Source of the DNA: a virus
Taxonomy: Duplodnaviria; Caudoviricetes
IMG/VR virus record: IMGVR_UViG_3300037467_002027
Location: 1-31,149 of that record
DNA: 31,149 bases
Direction: 5' to 3' (one strand)
Below are positions 25,377 to 31,149 of this stretch, piece after piece. The notes beneath the pieces were generated by a model that saw only the letters and a list, made by a program, of their open reading frames with translations, made no database searches and had not been told where the DNA came from. Each line of letters opens with the position of its first letter. The first letter of the stretch is position 1. The position numbers and the translations under genes were made by a program.

Positions 25377-26953
25377 GCCGCTTGTTTCAGTTGTGCATCT
25401 TCGGAGTCTTGTTGCTTTTGGTTTTCTTCCTGAAGCTTCTGAATCGTTGCGTTCGCGATTTCCGTCCGCATCCACTCAACGGGAATTCCTCGCGCCTCCG
25501 CGAGTTGCTTAATGAAGGCCAAATCGTCAGCGAGCGAAGTGAGTTCTTCGCGGGCGTCCATGCCGAGTGGCCCGTATATGTTTCTGAAGTTAGTCGCCCC
25601 GGCAGCGAGTTCCGCGATCATCGCAGCCGAATTCCTTCCGACATCAACGTTCGGAGCGCGCGGCGGGCGAACCACAGCCTTGTCCCAATCAATCGGACGA
25701 TCGGCTATCGAAATTTCGATTTTGCACTCCTCGTCTGTGACGTACCGATAAATTGCAAGAAACGCCTCTATCAGAATGGCGGAATGCGCCCGAAACCATG
25801 TTGTGGCAATGTCAAGGTCCGCGCGAACCACGGTCCCTTGCATGCTGTTCGGGAAAACCAAAAGCTTCGTTACTCCGAATCCGGCGCAAATACGATTTAC
25901 AACGATATCCCAATGCGCCTGCTCGATTTCGTTCGGTGTTTCCGCGCCCACCTGGCTGAGTTCTTCATCCGTTTTAATCGCAATCGATTTCGATCCTGTG
26001 ACGGTTTCAATCTCGCGAAGCTTGTCCTTCGTCGTGTTAATGCCTTCAGCGGTTTTCGTTTGAATGTTCAGCTTCGCGCGCCGGATGTCCTCGCTGGTCG
26101 GCATTTCACCGGTCTGCGTTTTGAAAACATTCATCAGGCGCGCCGACTCCTTGGCCTTCCGCATGGCGAACGTTGAAAGCTCCTCTAGGTCTTGAACGTC
26201 ATTCAAAACCGGCGCGAAAAATGACATCTGGCGCAGTTCGCCTGGGCGCATCGGCTTCCCGATTGGGACGATGAATTTCGCGTCAATCCTGCGATGGCTG
26301 GTCTTGTTGCCTTCCTTGAATCTGAACCAATAAGCAATCGTTCGACCCCTAGAATCAACCTCGTGTCCGTCGATTATGTTCGGATTGTTTTCTTCTAGTG
26401 GAGTTTCGAGGTGTGACGCCTCAAGCAACTGAATGCGAGGGCGATACGGCTTTTGATCGGAGCGAGTCAGGTAAACGTAAACATTTCCATCGGCGGGCCA
26501 CCGCCGCGCGCAAAGCCCCTGCAACGTTCCAAAGGTTTGGAGGCTGGTTAAATCTGGGTTCCTGCACCAGCGATCCCAAAGAACCTTGCGTTTCTCATTC
26601 CATTTCGGATCGGAGCTTGCGGGGATAATCGGCATTCCGCCCGCCCCGACCGTAAAAATCTCAAAGACATCCAAGAGCCGATTGACAATGGCGTTGTTCC
26701 GCTCGAATTCGTGAACCTTTCGGATTATTTCCGTGCGAGAGCGCGCATCATTCGCTTCGTTTGGCTCCTGTACGTGCCATGTCCAACCAACGCGCCCACG
26801 GTCGGGACTCCACAAAATGCCCGCCTCCCATGCGAGCCATGCGGTAACAGTCTTTGCGGCATTCCAAAAAGTTTCGGTTTTGGCGTGAGAAATTACAGCA
26901 TCGATGCGCGCGAAGATCGAATCGCCTTTAGAGAACGAAACTAGGCGTTGCAC
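25373..26953 (-). CDS. Portal protein, lambda family
   Basis: RIQLLEASHL, IIDGHEVDSRGRTIAYW, RPGELRQMSFFAPVL; position after TerL and the gpW-position gene. Confidence 0.92.
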   Translation of the reverse strand: MQRLVSFSKGDSIFARIDAVISHAKTETFWNAAKTVTAWLAWEAGILWSPDRGRVGWTWHVQEPNEANDARSRTEIIRKVHEFERNNAIVNRLLDVFEIFTVGAGGMPIIPASSDPKWNEKRKVLWDRWCRNPDLTSLQTFGTLQGLCARRWPADGNVYVYLTRSDQKPYRPRIQLLEASHLETPLEENNPNIIDGHEVDSRGRTIAYWFRFKEGNKTSHRRIDAKFIVPIGKPMRPGELRQMSFFAPVLNDVQDLEELSTFAMRKAKESARLMNVFKTQTGEMPTSEDIRRAKLNIQTKTAEGINTTKDKLREIETVTGSKSIAIKTDEELSQVGAETPNEIEQAHWDIVVNRICAGFGVTKLLVFPNSMQGTVVRADLDIATTWFRAHSAILIEAFLAIYRYVTDEECKIEISIADRPIDWDKAVVRPPRAPNVDVGRNSAAMIAELAAGATNFRNIYGPLGMDAREELTSLADDLAFIKQLAEARGIPVEWMRTEIANATIQKLQEENQKQQDSEDAQLKQAA

Positions 26954-27345
26954 ACATCCCCCATTCTTGACATCAGACTGTAGTCTGATCGTGTGGATGT
27001 GCGCGGCTGAAGAAGTGTCAGCATGCGCGCCAGAACTGATTCGTCTGTTACGGTTTCTTGATCGACTCCAAGCTCGAAAACCGCGTCCTCGTAAATGTCG
27101 TAAAGCTGGGAGACGCTATCCACGATGGTGGCCGGAGTGAGCCTGGAGGACATCTGCGGAAGTCCAAAAGTAATCTCGGCCCCGTTGCCTTTTGCGCCTA
27201 CTAGCGCGAGTCCAGACCTGTTTTCTTCAAGGCGAGCTTGGCAGGCGGCTTGTAACGCGTCCCGCAAACCGACGCCAGCTTTAGACGCATCCCAACCAAT
27301 CCCCCTTAGGAGGAGTCGCTTGAATTCAACTGACGCGCCTGCCAC
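26941..27345 (-). CDS. Head completion protein (gpW position)
   Basis: Between TerL and portal as in lambda; GTG start preceded by GAGG. Confidence 0.55.
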   Translation of the reverse strand: MAGASVEFKRLLLRGIGWDASKAGVGLRDALQAACQARLEENRSGLALVGAKGNGAEITFGLPQMSSRLTPATIVDSVSQLYDIYEDAVFELGVDQETVTDESVLARMLTLLQPRTSTRSDYSLMSRMGDVCNA

Positions 27346-27391
27346 GCCTCATATTTGAATCGTATCAACCCCGACATTCAATTCAGGCGTT

Positions 27392-27586
27392 TCATCTATT
27401 TCGCTCTGTTCTTAAATTACGCTTTCGGCTGGGGGAACCATTGCGGGCCAAAAAAGATCGCGCCTCACCGATTGTTGCTTTTCCTCCCGGCATTTGAAAC
27501 CCAGAGGCGCGCATGTCGTAAACGTACCCGACCGCGCGCCCGAGTTCGCACGCTAGTTCCTTGCAGCCTAGAAGGGGTTCGCTCAT
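27392..27586 (-). CDS. Small HTH DNA-binding protein
   Basis: LLGCKELACELGRAVGYVYDMRASGF; ATGA coupled to TerL. Confidence 0.7.
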   Translation of the reverse strand: MSEPLLGCKELACELGRAVGYVYDMRASGFQMPGGKATIGEARSFLARNGSPSRKRNLRTERNR

Positions 27587-29430
27587 TTCATTTCCTCTGC
27601 TTCAATCTTTAAAATACCGGCCCGCATCGCGAGGGCTTGAATCATAATTTCGCAATCCTTCAAGTGAATCGGGTATTGTTTTGTGCGCGGCTCCCAAACC
27701 CATTTAACGCGCTTAATTTTCGCGTCCCAAACCGACCGGCGAATGTCTCCGTCGAGATGTTTGAAATACGTTTCATCTGCGCGGTGATTAAATTCGCAGC
27801 GCACCTGCGTTTTGCCGCGCCGCATGCGGTCGAAAATGTCTTTGAAGAAATGGCCATTGAATTCGAGAAGCTGAATCTGCGGAAAATCGGGCACATCAAT
27901 AATTCCATAAATGTGTTTCACGCCATTGCTGGCCAACCAAAAAGCTGTCTGCTCTCGGCCTTTCATTGGCGTCCATCCTATCCACTCAGATTTAACATCA
28001 TACCTTTTCGTTCGTTGATCGTAGGTGCTTTTCAGCAAAATACGTTGCCCATACCGGGCGCATTCCGAATAAATCTCCGTAGCTTTATGTCCTGAATCGA
28101 TCCCGACATCCTGATCGTCAACGCCAAGCTCGATTTGTTTAGCGCGCAGTTCATTCCAATTTTCCCAAGTGAACCAGTCAACGAGCCGATTGTTACCATT
28201 GGCATCGAATTCTCGGCACACTGCCCAATGCGGTCGGATTTCCTGAAAGTCTGCGCCGATGTAGCGAATCACTTTGTCAGCAATCGGCGGCGCATCCGCT
28301 GGTGTGATAATTTCGACGCGCTCGCTTCCTACGTCTTGACTCTCCCACGGCTCTGCTAATTCGCCATTGATGAAGCCCTGCACGCCAAGCAGTGATTTCT
28401 TGGCCTGAATGAACTTTACCGCCAGCCGACCGAAAGTCGTTTCGGGAGAAGCCGCGTAGAGTGATGGAAGGTGAAGGCTAATGAAAGTTTGTTCCGCCGC
28501 CGGATTTGTCGGCAACCAAACACCCTCGCGAATCATCCTCGTTTTGTGCCCATCCTGAATATGCTTCCCACATGACCAGCATTCCGCACGCGCAGACCGG
28601 CGCACACGATCCAAATCCCAAGTCCCATTCGCGCGTTTTGCCTCTTTGTCCCAAGCAACGAACGCCTCTTTGCCGGTCAATTTCATTACCGTCATGTGCT
28701 TTGACCACGCGAACACGACATGATTCCCGCAGCTTGGGCATGGCAGAAAGTAGCGTTCTTGTGTGCCCTTCAAGTATTCCTGCCAAATGAGCGCGTCCGA
28801 AACTGTAGGCGTTGATGCCTTGATGCGTTTCGGGTTCGCAAAATCCTTCGTTCGTTGTTCAAGCAGGTTCACCGCATCGGCCTCTTTGCGTGTGCCTTCG
28901 TTGAATTTATCAACCTCGTCAGCGATTACAATCGGTGCGGGCCTGCTCGAAAGATTCGCCGCTGAATTTGAGCCAAGGAAGTTCAGCAGTGACGCGCCCA
29001 ACTTTTGTTCAAGCGCAGCGAACGAATGCCTCGCCGCGCCCACGGGTATCAAGTGAATCAATCCTGGGCTTGCACGAACGAGCGGCATCCATCGCGTTTT
29101 AGAGAATGACTTTGCCAGGTCTCGGTTTGGCATCGCCCAAATTGCGGCCACAGCATCACGCGCCAGCCGCGCCGCCAACCCGGCCATAATGCCAGTCGTT
29201 TTCCCTGTCTGCGACCCGAAGCACATGGCGATGTCGGCAACGACCGGATTTGAAATCAAGTCAATCGGCCTTCGCATGTATTCCCGGCCAGCCAGAGAAA
29301 AAGGACCGCTTCCATGCGGCGGCGGGATGTTCAGGTTTTTGCAGCACCATTCCGAAGCCGTCTCTTTCGGCGCGGGCTCGAATAATGAAGCCAACCCGAG
29401 GCGCAATGCTGTTTCAAGTTCGAGCGTCAT
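27583..29430 (-). CDS. terL: Terminase large subunit, lambda GpA family
   Basis: Walker A FGSQTGKT, Walker B VIADEVDKF, ASTPT motif, Zn-binding CPSC/CWSC, VGIDSG nuclease motif, HLKDCE. Confidence 0.96.
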   Translation of the reverse strand: MTLELETALRLGLASLFEPAPKETASEWCCKNLNIPPPHGSGPFSLAGREYMRRPIDLISNPVVADIAMCFGSQTGKTTGIMAGLAARLARDAVAAIWAMPNRDLAKSFSKTRWMPLVRASPGLIHLIPVGAARHSFAALEQKLGASLLNFLGSNSAANLSSRPAPIVIADEVDKFNEGTRKEADAVNLLEQRTKDFANPKRIKASTPTVSDALIWQEYLKGTQERYFLPCPSCGNHVVFAWSKHMTVMKLTGKEAFVAWDKEAKRANGTWDLDRVRRSARAECWSCGKHIQDGHKTRMIREGVWLPTNPAAEQTFISLHLPSLYAASPETTFGRLAVKFIQAKKSLLGVQGFINGELAEPWESQDVGSERVEIITPADAPPIADKVIRYIGADFQEIRPHWAVCREFDANGNNRLVDWFTWENWNELRAKQIELGVDDQDVGIDSGHKATEIYSECARYGQRILLKSTYDQRTKRYDVKSEWIGWTPMKGREQTAFWLASNGVKHIYGIIDVPDFPQIQLLEFNGHFFKDIFDRMRRGKTQVRCEFNHRADETYFKHLDGDIRRSVWDAKIKRVKWVWEPRTKQYPIHLKDCEIMIQALAMRAGILKIEAEEMK

Positions 29431-29888
29431 TTCGGCATCTTCGCTTTCTCTCCGTCAGACAACATTCTCATTCCCTGTTCAATCGCTGCCTCTAATGCCT
29501 GCCGCGCGTGCTCAGGATCGCTCGGGTTACAACGCGCGCTCAGGGTTGACGGAAGTCCAAGCATCCATTGCCGGACCGGCATTAATGCCGACCGCAAAAT
29601 GTCCATTGCTTTTTCATACTCAACCAAGATGCCGGCGCGTTCCTCAAACTTCTGTTTATCCAGCTTGTCGGACCACGTTTCGATGATCGGCTCAACCGCT
29701 GCGCCCTTATCCGAAAGTTTCGCGCACGCCCATGGCAGCAAATCAGCCAAGTAAACGCGGCTCCCGCGAAATCCCGGTGCGCCATCCGCCTTCCACGCTC
29801 GCAACCGCTCTTTCGGAAGTCCGCTTTGGGACGCGCATTGCTCGATTGAATCGAAAACCGGCCAGCTTGTCGTTTGTTTTGATGACAT
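29427..29888 (-). CDS. terS: Terminase small subunit (Nu1-like)
   Basis: N-terminal winged HTH (LRAWKADGAP...VYLADLLPW), coiled C-terminus, coupled to terL. Confidence 0.85.
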   Translation of the reverse strand: MSSKQTTSWPVFDSIEQCASQSGLPKERLRAWKADGAPGFRGSRVYLADLLPWACAKLSDKGAAVEPIIETWSDKLDKQKFEERAGILVEYEKAMDILRSALMPVRQWMLGLPSTLSARCNPSDPEHARQALEAAIEQGMRMLSDGEKAKMPK

Positions 29889-30153
29889 GACTTAATCTTG
29901 ACCCGCATTTAGTAGAATCGTCAGAGATACTTCATTTTGCGCGTTTTTTGGGAAAATTCTTTCATAAAAAAGTAAAGCCAGTCAGCGGACCCAGCTACGC
30001 GTGCCACGCCAAAAAGATTCCTTTGATGATTTTGGCCGCTCACAACGCCCTTAATACGCTTGCATCCCTCAGGAATACCGATGATTGGCCGTATCGTCTG
30101 TGTGCCGTAGATGACTGCTGTACCTATGGTGTGCATGCGAGAGAGAGCGGCGT

Positions 30154-30939
30154 TCATTTGGTTAAATCCATTTCCATTTCAACGGCCTTTGGTTCGGATG
30201 GAATGATGAGTGGCAGGTATTCTTGCTGAAGGCGTTTTGCCGCGATTTCCGCGTAACGCTCGTCTATCTCAATACCGGCCGCGATTCTGCCAAGTTGTTT
30301 GGCGGCTACAAGGGTTGTTCCACTTCCCATAAAGGGATCGAGAACGCTATCACCTTCCGAGGTGTGGCACTTAATGAACGTCGAAACCAATTCTATCGGC
30401 TTCTCGTTGGGGTGTTGGCGTTCGCGCGGCGGGCCTTGTGCGATGATGTTTGGAATCGCAATCGCGTCGTCGGGCCATTTTAATTTACCGCCCTGCCGAT
30501 GCGCCACCATAACCATCTCGTGCCGCCGCCGGTATCGCCAGCCGAGGCCCGGATTTAACTTGTCCCAAATAACAGAGTGGAAGAACTGCAAGCCGTCGCA
30601 ATCCATTCGATTCGCTACCCAGGCGAATGTTGGGCGCGGCCCGCCGCCGCAGCAGCAGCAGCAGCAGCAGCAGCAGTCGCGTTTTAAAAGCCTCGCCGCC
30701 TCATCGAGAACAAAGTCCACGACGCGCCGCATTTCTTTTGCGCCATCATTAGCTATCGGCTTGCTCTCGATTCCGCGATGATCGTTCAACCTCCCGTTTA
30801 AATCGCCGTCATGGTTTGAATGCCCGTACGGGGGATCGGTCCAAAGCATGTCGAAAGACTCATCAGCGAAAGTCGGCAAAATCTCGCGACAATCTCCATG
30901 ATAAATCGTGGCCCACTCATCGGAATAATACGGCTTCAT
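30154..30939 (-). CDS. DNA N4/N6 methyltransferase (beta class) with poly-Cys tract
   Basis: IYHGDC, TDPPYG, HPNEKP, VLDPFMGSGTT, GIEIDERY. Confidence 0.95.
   Translation of the reverse strand: MKPYYSDEWATIYHGDCREILPTFADESFDMLWTDPPYGHSNHDGDLNGRLNDHRGIESKPIANDGAKEMRRVVDFVLDEAARLLKRDCCCCCCCCCGGGPRPTFAWVANRMDCDGLQFFHSVIWDKLNPGLGWRYRRRHEMVMVAHRQGGKLKWPDDAIAIPNIIAQGPPRERQHPNEKPIELVSTFIKCHTSEGDSVLDPFMGSGTTLVAAKQLGRIAAGIEIDERYAEIAAKRLQQEYLPLIIPSEPKAVEMEMDLTK
30649..30675 (-). repeat. (TGC)9 trinucleotide repeat encoding nine Cys
   Basis: gca x9 on the + strand, in frame in the methyltransferase, followed by three Gly codons. Confidence 0.95.
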
Positions 30940-31148
30940 TTCACTTCCTTATTTAAATTGGTTGGGGGGTTAATCGCTTCATCGACCAGCCTGTTAATCT
31001 CTTTGACGCCTTCTCCGAAAAGTCGGTTGAATTTTTGTTCCTCTCTCATTTTGCGAACCGCATAAGAAACGCAAGAATGGTCAAGCCCGCCGTGAAGTTT
31101 TGCGATCATGTTTAAGCCCAGTCGCGTTCGCTCTCGGCAAATCGCCAT
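30936..31148 (-). CDS. DnaA C-terminal-like HTH protein, probably 5'-truncated by the window edge
   Basis: LGLNMIAKLHGGLDHSCVSYAVRKM resembles DnaA domain IV (SLxxIGxxFGGRDHTTVxxA). Confidence 0.7.
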   Translation of the reverse strand: MAICRERTRLGLNMIAKLHGGLDHSCVSYAVRKMREEQKFNRLFGEGVKEINRLVDEAINPPTNLNKEVK

Positions 31149-31149
31149 T

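Noticed and set aside
23121-26176. Long + strand ORFs (23121-23972, 24021-24527, 25250-26176) and similar ones across 5363-31065
   Set aside because: They are antisense shadows of well-supported, translationally coupled - strand genes and show no recognisable motifs.
22328-27345. Genome-wide TAG reassignment (code 15) as the explanation for the ClpP amber
   Set aside because: All other long genes are open in the standard code, and TAG appears to act as a normal stop at 22328 and 26941.
29921-30157. 78-aa ORF between the methyltransferase and terS
   Set aside because: It has an ATGA overlap but no motifs and runs through the probable cos region, so it is not supported as a gene.
30649-30675. 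ON/OFF phase variation of the methyltransferase
   Set aside because: The repeat unit is 3 nt, so slippage keeps the frame.

Overview
The whole window is phage DNA with no host housekeeping genes, from a temperate, lambda-like tailed phage. The host is probably a PVC-group or Verrucomicrobiota bacterium, inferred from protein style only. A long leftward (- strand) late operon runs from a DnaA-C-like HTH gene and an N4/N6 DNA methyltransferase through TerS, a GpA-type TerL, a gpW-position gene, a lambda-type portal, ClpP protease/scaffold/major capsid, head-tail and tail genes, a short tape measure, a large tail-tip protein and receptor-binding/depolymerase genes. It ends in holin-like and lipoprotein genes and a terminator at about 5124. 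Positions 2666-4939 hold a rightward block: a repressor-like stub, a C-terminal-only tyrosine integrase and a small accessory cassette with its own promoter. Positions 1-2557 are a leftward early operon (RHH regulators, HNH-AP2 endonuclease, Xis-like HTH, repeat protein). Most unusual points: (1) six virion-module proteins begin with Sec-type signal peptides and no endolysin is visible; (2) a single in-frame TAG interrupts the ClpP-capsid fusion inside the protease domain; (3) a degenerate tRNA-Met(CAT) cloverleaf with encoded CCA sits in the 5' end of that same gene; (4) an apparent deletion joins the repressor N-terminus to the integrase catalytic domain; (5) the methyltransferase carries a (TGC)9 poly-cysteine tract. 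All product calls come from motif recognition and synteny, not database searches.
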